Assembly (NCBI GenBank): GCA_963714045.1
Contig: OY970225.1
Location: 1,775,877-1,839,876 of the forward strand
Length of the DNA stretch: 64,000 nucleotides
Direction: 5' to 3'
From: an uncultured Actinomycetes bacterium
GTDB taxonomy: Bacteria > Actinomycetota > Thermoleophilia > Solirubrobacterales > 70-9
The position numbers and the translations under genes were made by a program. Under the pieces are notes generated by a model. That model ran no database searches. It saw only the letters and a list, made by a program, of their open reading frames with translations, and was not told where the DNA came from. How positions within the stretch are numbered: the first letter of the stretch is position 1; every line of letters begins with the position of its first letter. Of this stretch, positions 9,870 through 21,282 are shown one piece after another.

Positions 9870-10126
9870 TGAAGCGGCTCCTTGGTCTCGGAAGGGGTGC
9901 TGGGGCGGCGGTACTTGGGACCGGGCGAGGAGACCTCCAGCGAGTAGTCGGCCAGCAGGTGGCCGAGATGCTTGGTGACCTCTTCGCAGCGGGCCAGGTC
10001 GATGCCCTCGGGGTGGTCGATGAAGATGCGCAACGACTCGCTGCCTGGACGCTCCAAGGCGACCAGGTCGAGCTCCGAATCGAGTTCGGAAAGCTGCTGC
10101 TGAATGTTCTGCTGAAAGTCGGTCAA
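9866..10126 (-). CDS. rimP: ribosome maturation factor RimP, N-terminal domain only (possibly a remnant)
   Basis: LVALERPGSESLRIFIDHPEGIDLARCEEVTKHLGHLLADYSLEVSSPG matches the RimP N-domain. It has a TTG start, no obvious SD, and only 86 aa. The C-terminal domain is absent in all frames. Confidence 0.55.
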   Translation of the reverse strand: MTDFQQNIQQQLSELDSELDLVALERPGSESLRIFIDHPEGIDLARCEEVTKHLGHLLADYSLEVSSPGPKYRRPSTPSETKEPLQ

Positions 10127-10142
10127 TGCCAGGTTCGGGCGT

Positions 10143-10166
10143 AAAAAAAGTGGGCCAGGCCCACTT
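10143..10166 (-). terminator. intrinsic terminator-like hairpin plus U7, either the coaBC terminator or a rimP-nusA leader attenuator
   Basis: The minus strand reads AAGTGGGCC-T-GGCCCACTT followed by TTTTTTT. It ends 16 nt upstream of the rimP TTG. Confidence 0.6.
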
Positions 10167-10241
10167 CTCGAACTGCGAAACGATGAAAAGCTGAAGCGAG
10201 TATAGCTCGCGGCTCAAGCGCGGCTGGCCGGCGGGTCCTGT

Positions 10242-10298
10242 CACGGGGAGGGGTCCTGCGGGCGGGCGAGGGCGTCCGTTCTCGGACCCCTCCCCGTG
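10242..10298. repeat. GC-rich palindrome with 15-bp perfect arms
   Basis: CACGGGGAGGGGTCC (10242-10256) and GGACCCCTCCCCGTG (10284-10298) are separated by a 27-nt spacer. It begins 14 nt after the coaBC stop. Confidence 0.7.
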
Positions 10299-10311
10299 CC
10301 ACCCCCCGGAG

Positions 10312-11556
10312 TCACGTTTGAGTCGGGACCCCGTCGTTCCGGAGTTGGCTGACCTTGTCGAGGATTGCTTCTGCAATCGCGTCCTTGGAAGCGATCGGGA
10401 CGGTCGCATCCGAGTCACGGTCGATGAGGGTTATGGCGTTCTGCTCGCTCTCGAAGCCGATGGTGGGGTCGGAGACGTCGTTGAGGACCATCAGGTCGGC
10501 GCTCTTGCGGGCGAGCTTCTCGCGGGCTCGGTCGACGTTGGCGCCGTGTTCGGCGGCGAAGCCGACGACGGTCTGGCTCTTGCTCTTGCCGGCGGCAAGC
10601 GAGGCGAGGATGTCCTCGGTCGGCTCGAGGTGGAGGTCGAGGTCGTCCTTGCGCTCGAGCTTGCCCGGGGCGACCTCGACGGGGCGGAAGTCGGCGGGGG
10701 CGGCGGCCATCAGGAGGACGTGGGCGGTCGGAAACTCGGCGGCGGCCGCGCGGGCCAGCTGCTCCGCCGTCTCGACGTCGAGACGGCGGACGCCGGCCGG
10801 CTCGGGCAGGGCGACGTTGGCGGCGATCAGAGTCACCTCGGCGCCGCGACGGGCGGCCGCCGCGGCGAGGGCGATGCCCATGCGGCCGCTGGAGCGATTG
10901 CCGATGAAGCGCACCGGGTCGATCGGCTCGCGGGTGCCGCCGGCGGTGACCAGCATCCGCAGGCCGTCCCAGGGCCGGTTCGGAGCCGGCAGCACCGCCT
11001 CCACCCGGGCCAGCAGGCGCTCGGGCGCGGGCAGCCGGCCGCGGCCGAACTCGCCGCGGGAGGCGAGCCTGCCCTCGTCGGGCTCGATCACCTCCACCCC
11101 GCGCTCGCGCAGGGTCGCGAGGTTGGCCCGGGTCGCCGCGTCGGCGTACATGCGGTCGTTCATCGCCGGCGCCACCAGGCGCGGAGAGGCGCAGGCGAGG
11201 AAGGAGGTGGTCAGCATCGAGTCGGCGATGCCGGCGGCGAGCTTGGCGACCGTGTTGGCCGAAGCCGGGGCGACGAGGAAGGCGTCGCAGTTGGCCGCCA
11301 GCTCGAGGTGGCCGATCGGGTCGTGCGCGGGCTCACCCTCGCCGGGGAAGGCGCCGCGCATCGGGTCGCGCTCGAACTCGGAGATCAGCACCGGGGCGCC
11401 GACGATCCCCTCGAAGGAGGCGGGACCGACGAACCTGGTCGCGGCCTCCGTCATTACCACCCGCACCCCGTGGCCGGCGAGCGTCGCCAGGCGGGCCAGC
11501 TCCAGCGCCTTGTAGGCGGCGATCCCGCCACTCACACCAAGCAGGACTCTGGCCAT
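10312..11556 (-). CDS. coaBC: bifunctional phosphopantothenoylcysteine decarboxylase / phosphopantothenate-cysteine ligase
   Basis: MARVLLGVSGGIAAYKALEL... flavoprotein domain followed by a DFP domain. I use the internal ATG at 11556. Confidence 0.92.
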   Translation of the reverse strand: MARVLLGVSGGIAAYKALELARLATLAGHGVRVVMTEAATRFVGPASFEGIVGAPVLISEFERDPMRGAFPGEGEPAHDPIGHLELAANCDAFLVAPASANTVAKLAAGIADSMLTTSFLACASPRLVAPAMNDRMYADAATRANLATLRERGVEVIEPDEGRLASRGEFGRGRLPAPERLLARVEAVLPAPNRPWDGLRMLVTAGGTREPIDPVRFIGNRSSGRMGIALAAAAARRGAEVTLIAANVALPEPAGVRRLDVETAEQLARAAAAEFPTAHVLLMAAAPADFRPVEVAPGKLERKDDLDLHLEPTEDILASLAAGKSKSQTVVGFAAEHGANVDRAREKLARKSADLMVLNDVSDPTIGFESEQNAITLIDRDSDATVPIASKDAIAEAILDKVSQLRNDGVPTQT

Positions 11557-11593
11557 CCGACTGCCTCCCGTGAGAGGGCTCCAGCGCCGGGCG

Positions 11594-11827
11594 CTAGGAG
11601 CGGTACTCGTATTTGAGCTTGCCCTCGGCGAGCTCTTCGAGCGCCATCGAGAGGTAGTTCCTCTCGGCGTTGACCTCGACCATCGGCGGCGGGTACTCGC
11701 CGAAGCCGCCCTCACCGAGGTTGTGGAAGTAGCTGTTGATCTGACGCGCGCGCTTGGCCGCGACGACGACGGCGGCGTAATGGGAATCGGCGTGCTCGAG
11801 GAGCTTGTCTACGCGTGGTTTGATCAT
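11594..11827 (-). CDS. rpoZ: DNA-directed RNA polymerase subunit omega
   Basis: 77 aa with HYAAVVVAAKRARQIN. Lies downstream of gmk with an ATGA overlap. Confidence 0.9.
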   Translation of the reverse strand: MIKPRVDKLLEHADSHYAAVVVAAKRARQINSYFHNLGEGGFGEYPPPMVEVNAERNYLSMALEELAEGKLKYEYRS

Positions 11828-12402
11828 TCGGCCGGGGAGTCTAGTGATAGACCGAGCTCGGTGCGCACGATCCCCTCCAGCTCGGCCGCCGCCCGCCCGA
11901 GATCGTCGTTGACGACGCGGTGCGCGAACTCGTCCTGGGCGGCCATCTCCTGCGCCGCGACCTCGAGCCGGGCGTCGATCGCCTCGGGGGCGTCGGTGCC
12001 ACGGGCGTCGAGCCGTTCGCGCAGCACGGCCGGCGCCGGCGGGGCGATGAAGACCTGGACCGACTCCCGCATCGCCGCCCGCACCTGGCGGGCGCCCTGG
12101 ACCTCGATCTCGAGCACCACCGAGCGCCCGGCGGCGAGCCGCCGCTCGACCTCCGAGCGCAGGGTCCCGTAGTAGTTGCCGCTGTAGGTCGCGTACTCGA
12201 GGAAGTCTTCGGCCCGCATCCGCCGTTCGAACTCCTCGGTGGAGAGGAAGTGGTAGTCGCGGCCGTCCCGCTCCCCCTCGCGCGGCTCGCGGGTGGTCGC
12301 CGAGACCGAGAGCTCGAGGTCGGGAACGCGCCGCAGCAGCTCCCTGATCAGGGTTCCCTTGCCGACGCCCGACGGCCCAGTGATTACGAAGACTTTTGAC
12401 AT
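11824..12402 (-). CDS. gmk: guanylate kinase
   Basis: GPSGVGKGTL P-loop and TTREPREGE. 192 aa. Confidence 0.93.
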   Translation of the reverse strand: MSKVFVITGPSGVGKGTLIRELLRRVPDLELSVSATTREPREGERDGRDYHFLSTEEFERRMRAEDFLEYATYSGNYYGTLRSEVERRLAAGRSVVLEIEVQGARQVRAAMRESVQVFIAPPAPAVLRERLDARGTDAPEAIDARLEVAAQEMAAQDEFAHRVVNDDLGRAAAELEGIVRTELGLSLDSPAE

Positions 12403-12565
12403 GAACTACGCACGGCCGCGAAAACCAAGCAGGTCGGTGGACGCAGGGAGGGCGGCGCCGCGAGCGTACGCTAGTACGTGAGCAAGACGCCCGACCGAGG
12501 AACTCGCGCTACGCGCTCGCACCGCTCCCTGCGGTCGCTGGATGCGCCGGTTTGCAGCGGCCGCG

Positions 12566-12901
12566 CTAACGGCGCAGAAGACCTACGAGCTCGGTGCGCT
12601 GGCGCTCGGAGAGGCCGCCGATGGTCTTGGAAGGCGAGATTCGACACTGGTTGAGTATTCGATTCGTCTTCACGCGCCCGTACTTGGGGACGGCGAGGAG
12701 CATGTCGAAGACCTTCGCGGTCAGCACGTACTCGGGGGGGTCGAGCAGGATTGCCTGGATGCTCGCCCGGCTCGCCTTCAGGTCCTTCTTCAGCTTGGCC
12801 CGCGCGGTGCGGATGTCGTTCGCGCGCTTGAGCGCCTCCATCCTCTGATCAAGCGACCTTTCCGGGGCCGCGGCGGAGATCTTGACTGGAGGGGCGGGCA
12901 T
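12566..12901 (-). CDS. mihF: actinobacterial integration host factor MihF
   Basis: 111 aa. LDQRMEALKRANDIRTARAKLKKDLK...GRVKTNRILNQCRISPSKTIGGLSERQR resembles mIHF. The mihF-gmk-rpoZ-coaBC order matches mycobacteria. Confidence 0.85.
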   Translation of the reverse strand: MPAPPVKISAAAPERSLDQRMEALKRANDIRTARAKLKKDLKASRASIQAILLDPPEYVLTAKVFDMLLAVPKYGRVKTNRILNQCRISPSKTIGGLSERQRTELVGLLRR

Positions 12902-12911
12902 CTGGGCGGCG

Positions 12912-12939
12912 AGTATAGCCGCGGCTCGTGGGGCTGCAA
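12912..12939 (-). promoter_or_regulatory. candidate SigA-type promoter of mihF (TTGCAG-N16-TATACT)
   Basis: The minus strand reads cgacTTGCAGccccacgagccgcggcTATACTcgccgcccagATG. Only 10 nt separate the -10 box from the ATG, implying a near-leaderless mRNA. Confidence 0.4.
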
Positions 12940-12978
12940 GTCGAACGGGGGCAATTCAGGGCAAATTCACCTAAACCT

Positions 12979-13875
12979 CTAGTCGAGGTTGAGTGCCGGG
13001 GCCGCCGCCGTTCCCGTCGACGGGGCCCGCGTCAGCTCCTCGGCGACCCTGGAGCCCGCCCGGGGATCGCGGAAATTCTCCGTCCCGACCGCCACCAGAG
13101 TCGCCCCCGCGGCGAGGAATTCGGCCGCGTCGGCGCCGCTGCAGACGCCACCCATCCCGACCGTGGGCAGGTCGGTGGCGGCGGTGACTGCGCGGACCTG
13201 CTGCAGTGCCACCGGCCGCACCGCGGGCCCGGAGAGGCCGCCGTGACCCGCCGCCAGCGCCGGCTCCCCCGTCGCGGGGTCGATGGCGCTGCCCTTCAGG
13301 GTGTTGATCAGCGAGATGGCGTCCGCCCCACCCGCCGCCGCCGCCACGGCGACCGCGGCCGGGTCGGCGACGTTCGGTGTCAGCTTCACGATCAGCGGCT
13401 TCTCGGTCAGCGGCCGCAGCGCCTCCAGCAGCGCCTCGGTCTCCGCCGGCTGCTCGCCGACGATCAGGCCGGAGTGGACGTTGGGGCAGGAGACGTTGAG
13501 CTCGATCGCGGCGACCTCCTCCCGCTCCCCCACCCCCCTGACCAGCCTTGAGAACCGCTCGCGGTCGGTCGCCATCGCCGAGACGATCAGGGGCACGGGC
13601 AGCTCCGCCAACCGGGGCAGATCCTCGGCGAGGAATCCGTCCAGGCCCTTGTTGGGGAGGCCGATCGAGTTGAGCATCCCGGCGGGGGTCTCCCAGATCC
13701 GCTGCGGCGCGTTGCCGACCCGCGGCTCCGGGGTGATCGTCTTCGAGACGAAGGCGGAGAAGGGAAAGTCTTCCAGCAGGGCGTCACCGAACACCTTGCG
13801 CGCGGCGATCGCGTCGTAGGTGCCGGAGGCGTTGATCACGGGGTGGGACAGCGCGATGCCGCAGAACTCAGGCAT
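12979..13875 (-). CDS. pyrD: dihydroorotate dehydrogenase (class 1B) catalytic subunit
   Basis: [21 protein letters not shown]...; NVSCPN; GIGGV-type C-terminus. The start at 13875 overlaps the end of pyrK by 8 nt. Confidence 0.9.
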   Translation of the reverse strand: MPEFCGIALSHPVINASGTYDAIAARKVFGDALLEDFPFSAFVSKTITPEPRVGNAPQRIWETPAGMLNSIGLPNKGLDGFLAEDLPRLAELPVPLIVSAMATDRERFSRLVRGVGEREEVAAIELNVSCPNVHSGLIVGEQPAETEALLEALRPLTEKPLIVKLTPNVADPAAVAVAAAAGGADAISLINTLKGSAIDPATGEPALAAGHGGLSGPAVRPVALQQVRAVTAATDLPTVGMGGVCSGADAAEFLAAGATLVAVGTENFRDPRAGSRVAEELTRAPSTGTAAAPALNLD

Positions 13876-14682
13876 GGGCAACCCGATCGCCCCGCAGCAC
13901 CGGGCCGTCGACACAGAGGCGCAGGTAGCCGCCCTCGGGCTTCGGAACCGCGCAGCCGAAGCAGGCGCCGAAACCGCAGGCCATGGGTGACTCCATGGCG
14001 AGCTCGTAGGAGGTTTCCCGGGAATCGCAGAGCTGGGAGACGGCGTCGAGCATGGCGGGGGGGCCGCAGGAGTAGACGACGGCGGAGGAGGCGTCGTCGC
14101 CGTCGAGCATCGTGGCGAGGAGGTCGGTGACGTAGCCGCGGTGCCCGCGATGTCCGTCCTCGGTCGCGAGCCTCACCTCGCAGCAGGCGAAGAGGTCGTC
14201 GAGGCCGCCCGAGTGAGCCTCGTCGCGGAAGCCGAGGAGGACGCGGGTGGGGATGTTGCGCTCGGCGAAGCGGCGTCGCAGCAGGGCGAGGGGGGCGATG
14301 CCGATGCCGCCGCCGACGAGGATTGCGCCGGCGGCGCCGTCGCTTACCTCGCGAGGCTCGGCGAAGGCGTTGCCGAGCGGGCCGGTCACCCATACCCCCT
14401 CTCCCTCCTCCAGCTCGCAGAGCCGGTCGGTGCCGGGGCCGATGCCCTCGACCAGGAAGTCGAGCCGGACCCCGTCCGCCGCCGGGCCGGCCTCGGCGAC
14501 CGAGATCGCCCGCGGCAGGAATGGCCTCCCCCCCACCCCGGCCCAGTGGCTGGCCGCGGCCAGCATGTAGAACTGGCCGGGCAGCGGCTGCGGCCCCTCG
14601 CGGTCGAGCAGCGAGAAGACCCGGTAGCCGCCCGAGGCACGGTTCTCGCCGACCGCGCAGAGCCGCCTCCCGAACAGCGCGG

Positions 14683-14686
<4 letters not shown>
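13868..14686 (-). CDS. pyrK: dihydroorotate dehydrogenase electron-transfer subunit
   Basis: The last 272 aa of the artefactual 1696 aa ORF. FAD/NAD fold ([15 protein letters not shown]) and a C-terminal 2Fe-2S motif [12 protein letters not shown] at 14686 overlaps the carB stop (ATGA). Confidence 0.9.
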
Positions 14687-17793
<3,107 letters not shown>

Positions 17794-17802
17794 CGGCTCG
17801 GC

Positions 17803-18912
17803 TCAGGCGGCGAGGGCGAGGAAGCGGTCGAAGAGGTGGCGGGCGTCGTGCGGGCCGGGGCCGGCCTCGGGGTGGTACTGGACGGTGGCGCCGGCGACGT
17901 CGCGCAGGACCAGGCCCTCGACCGTGCGGTCGTAGAGGTTCAGCTGGGAGAGCTCGGCGACGCCGAAGTCGGTCTCCCAGCGAACCGGCTCGTCGCCCTC
18001 GATCCGCGGCTCGCCTCCGGGCCCGACGACGGCGAAGCCGTGGTTCTGGGAGGTGATCTCGATCCGCCCCGTCTCCAGGTCCTTGACCGGGTGGTTGGCG
18101 CCGCGGTGGCCGAAGGGGAGCTTGTAGGTCTGCAGGCCGACCGCGCGGCAGAGCAGCTGGTGGCCGAGGCAGATGCCGAAGAGCGGGCGCTTGCCGACGA
18201 TCTCGCGGACGGTGTCGACGACGTAGCCGAGCGCCGCCGGGTCGCCGGGGCCGTTGGCGAGGAAGACGATGTCGGGGTCCTCGGCCAGCACCTGCTCGGC
18301 GCTGCTGTCGCAGGGCAGCAGCGTCACCCTGGCGCCGTGCTCGCGCAGCTGGCGGACGATGCTCATCTTGACCCCGGTGTCGATGCCGACCACGTGCGGG
18401 CCGTCGCCGTCGAAGCGGACCGGCTCCGGCGGGGTGACGGTGCGGGCGAGGTCGGCGCCGTCCATCGAGGGCTCGGCGGCGATCCGCTCGCGCGCCTGCG
18501 CTTCGGGGGTGTCGGCGGGGAAGATGCCGCCGCGCATGGCGCCGCGGTCGCGGATGTGGCGGACCAGGGCGCGGGTGTCGACGCCCTCGATGCCCGGCAC
18601 GCCGCAGTCGCCGAGCCAGTCCAGCCAGCCGCCCTCGGCGCTGGCGACGTCCTCGCGGTTCTTGGCGTCGCGCATGACGACGCCGCGGGCGTGGACGCGG
18701 TCGGACTCCATCGCCGCGGCGGAGACCCCGTAGTTGCCGATCAGCGGGTAGGTGAAGACGATGATCTGGCCGGCGTAGGAGGGGTCGGTGACCGACTCCT
18801 GGTATCCCGTCATCGCGGTGTTGAAGACGACCTCGCCGGTGACCGCGGCCTCGTGGCCGCAGGCGAGCCCGTCGAGACGCATCCCGTCCTCGAGCAGCAA
18901 GTAGGCGCTCAT
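17803..18912 (-). CDS. carA: carbamoyl-phosphate synthase small (glutaminase) subunit
   Basis: MSAYLLLEDG...; GICLGHQLL catalytic Cys. I use the ATG at 18912, which has GGAGGGG upstream. Confidence 0.93.
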   Translation of the reverse strand: MSAYLLLEDGMRLDGLACGHEAAVTGEVVFNTAMTGYQESVTDPSYAGQIIVFTYPLIGNYGVSAAAMESDRVHARGVVMRDAKNREDVASAEGGWLDWLGDCGVPGIEGVDTRALVRHIRDRGAMRGGIFPADTPEAQARERIAAEPSMDGADLARTVTPPEPVRFDGDGPHVVGIDTGVKMSIVRQLREHGARVTLLPCDSSAEQVLAEDPDIVFLANGPGDPAALGYVVDTVREIVGKRPLFGICLGHQLLCRAVGLQTYKLPFGHRGANHPVKDLETGRIEITSQNHGFAVVGPGGEPRIEGDEPVRWETDFGVAELSQLNLYDRTVEGLVLRDVAGATVQYHPEAGPGPHDARHLFDRFLALAA

Positions 18913-18973
18913 GAATTCCCCTCCGGGCTGGTCGAGTTTGTCTCGCATACCGAAACAAAGTCGCCCAGGCGTC

Positions 18974-20323
18974 TCACGCGGCGACCCCGAGGGAGAAGCT
19001 GCGGAGGCGGTAGGCGACCTGGCCGGCGGCGACGGTGACCATCACCCGTCCGGTCAGGGTCTTGCCGGCGCACCAAGAGTTCTGGGAGCGGCTCTCGTAG
19101 CCCTCCTCCCCCACCGTCCACTCGGCGCCGAGGTCGCAGAGGACGACGTTGGCCTCCGAGCCCGGCGCCAGGCTCGGCCGCTCGATCCCAAACGGGGCGG
19201 CGCCGCCGGCCATCCGCTCGACCAGCAGCCCGAGGTCGATCGCCCCCGGCAGGACCAGCTCGGTGTGCAGCGCCGCGAAGGCGGTCTCGAGGCCGGTGAC
19301 GCCCATCGCCGCCTGCTCGAATGGAACGTCCTTTTCCTCTGCCTGATGGGGGGCGTGGTCGGTGGCGACGCACTCGATCGTCCCGTCCCGCAGGCCCTCG
19401 ATCAGCGCCTGGCGGTCGGACTCTCGGCGCAGCGGCGGGTTCATCTTGAAGCGGCGCGGGTCGAGACTGCGGACCTCCTCGTCGGTGAGGCAGAGGTGGT
19501 GTGGGCTGGCCTCGGCGCTGATCTGGACGCCGTCCGCCCTGGCGGCGCGGACGGCCTCGACCGACTCGGCCGCCGAGAGGTGCTGGACGTGGATGCGAGC
19601 GCCCTCGTAGGCGGCGAGGGCGGCGTCGCGGGCGATCATCGTCGACTCCGAGACCGAGGGGACGCCGGCGAGGCCGAGCGCGGCGGAGACCGGGCCCTCG
19701 TGCATGACGCCGTCGCCGGAGAGCGCGGGGTCCTCCTCGTGCAGGGCGATGTTGCCGCCGCAGAGGCGCTGGTACTGGAGGGCGCGGCGCATCACCCGGG
19801 CGCTCGTGATCGGCAGGCCGTCGTCGGAGAAGCCGATGGCGCCGGCCTCGCGCAGCTCGACCATCTCGGTCAGCTCCTCGCCGGCCATGCCGCGGGTGAC
19901 GGTGGCGAGGAAGCCGACCGGGACCGAGGCCCCGGCCCGGGCCTGCTCGCGCAGGGCGCTGATGTCGGCGGCGGTCGAGACCGGCGGCTCGGTGTTGGCC
20001 ATCGCCAGGACCCCGCAGTAGCCGCCGGCGGCGGCGGCGCGGGTCCCCGTCTCGACGTCCTCCTTGTGCTCGTGGCCGGGGGTGCGGAGGTGGACGTGGG
20101 GGTCGAAGAAGGCGGGGAAGGCGTGCATGCCCTCGGCCTCGATCACCTCGGCGCCCTCAGCGGCTCCCTCTCCCGGCGCCGCCAGCTCGGCGACCTCGCC
20201 GTCGCGGACGACGACATCGTGGACGCCGTTGATGCCGGCGACCGGGTCGAGCACCCTCGCCCGGCGCAGGACCAGGTCGGCGTCCTCTCCCGGGCGGGCG
20301 TCGAGCGCCTCGGAGATCCTCAT
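18974..20323 (-). CDS. pyrC: dihydroorotase
   Basis: DPHVHLRTPG metal motif. 449 aa. ATGA overlap with pyrB. Confidence 0.93.
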   Translation of the reverse strand: MRISEALDARPGEDADLVLRRARVLDPVAGINGVHDVVVRDGEVAELAAPGEGAAEGAEVIEAEGMHAFPAFFDPHVHLRTPGHEHKEDVETGTRAAAAGGYCGVLAMANTEPPVSTAADISALREQARAGASVPVGFLATVTRGMAGEELTEMVELREAGAIGFSDDGLPITSARVMRRALQYQRLCGGNIALHEEDPALSGDGVMHEGPVSAALGLAGVPSVSESTMIARDAALAAYEGARIHVQHLSAAESVEAVRAARADGVQISAEASPHHLCLTDEEVRSLDPRRFKMNPPLRRESDRQALIEGLRDGTIECVATDHAPHQAEEKDVPFEQAAMGVTGLETAFAALHTELVLPGAIDLGLLVERMAGGAAPFGIERPSLAPGSEANVVLCDLGAEWTVGEEGYESRSQNSWCAGKTLTGRVMVTVAAGQVAYRLRSFSLGVAA

Positions 20324-21282
20324 GCCGGCTGCCCGATCGGGGTGGGACGGGTGGCGTCGTTGCCCTCGGCGACGGGCTCCGGGCGCTCGCCGCCGGCCAG
20401 CAGCTCGTAGAGGATCGCCATCCGCACGACCAGGCCGGCCGCCACCTGCTCGGCGATCAGCGACTGCGGCGAGTCGATCGCCTCGCCGGAGAGCTCGACG
20501 CCGCGGTTGACCGGGCCGGGGTGCATCAGCAGCTGGCGCGGGTTGAGGCGGCGGCTGTCGATCTGGAAGTTCGTCGCGTACTCACGCAGAGAGGGGACGA
20601 AGCTCTCGCTCATCCGCTCCTGCTGCATCCGCAGCGTGTAGACGACCTCGGCCTCGCCGAGCCGCTCCAGCGAGTGGGAGACCTCGCAGCCCAGCTCCTC
20701 GATCCCGCGCGGAATCAGGGTCGGCGGGCCGCAGACGGTGACCTCGGCGCCCATCCGCTGGAAGGCGATCAGGTTGGAGCGGGCGACGCGGCTGTGGAGG
20801 ACGTCGCCGACGATCCAGATCCGCTTGCCCTCCAGCGAGCCGAGGCGGCGGCGCAGCGTGTAGACGTCGAGCAGGGCCTGGCTCGGGTGCTCGTGCTTGC
20901 CGTCGCCGGCGTTGACGACCGCCGCGTCGGTCCACTCGGCGACCATCTGGGCGGCGCCGGCGTAGGGGTGGCGGATGACGATCGCCGCCGGGTCGTAGGC
21001 GGAGAGGGTGGCGACGGTGTCCTTCAGCGACTCGCCCTTGTCGACCGAGGAGCCGGCCGCCTTGACCGAGACGAGGTCGGCGGAGAGCCGCTTCGCCGCC
21101 AGCTCGAAGGAGCTCGAGGTGCGGGTGCTCGACTCGTAGAAGAGGGTGACGACGGTGCGGCCACGCAGGGTCGGCACCTTCTTGATGTCGCGACGGCCGA
21201 CCTCGGCGAAGCTCTCGGCGCGGTAGAGGATCGCCTCAATCTCCTCGCGGGAGAGCCGCTCGATCGCGAGCAGATGCTTCAC
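20320..21282 (-). CDS. pyrB: aspartate carbamoyltransferase catalytic subunit
   Basis: FYESSTRTSSSFE, HPSQAL and HPGPVNRG motifs. Confidence 0.95.
   Translation of the reverse strand: MKHLLAIERLSREEIEAILYRAESFAEVGRRDIKKVPTLRGRTVVTLFYESSTRTSSSFELAAKRLSADLVSVKAAGSSVDKGESLKDTVATLSAYDPAAIVIRHPYAGAAQMVAEWTDAAVVNAGDGKHEHPSQALLDVYTLRRRLGSLEGKRIWIVGDVLHSRVARSNLIAFQRMGAEVTVCGPPTLIPRGIEELGCEVSHSLERLGEAEVVYTLRMQQERMSESFVPSLREYATNFQIDSRRLNPRQLLMHPGPVNRGVELSGEAIDSPQSLIAEQVAAGLVVRMAILYELLAGGERPEPVAEGNDATRPTPIGQPA

Noticed and set aside
10196-10217. TTGAGC as the -35 box for the TATACT box upstream of rimP.
   Set aside because: The spacing is only 7 nt, which is incompatible with a sigma-70-type promoter. 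The -10-like box is kept only as a weak candidate.
8259-10418. N-terminal extensions of longest ORFs: nusA at 719 aa, ribF at 484 aa, coaBC at 467 aa, secDF at 1021 aa, PMM at 597 aa, and the 438 aa and 600 aa plus-strand ORFs.
   Set aside because: The extensions overlap the upstream gene or a spacer in another frame and are low-complexity. Internal starts with an SD or a stop/start overlap reproduce normal family lengths.
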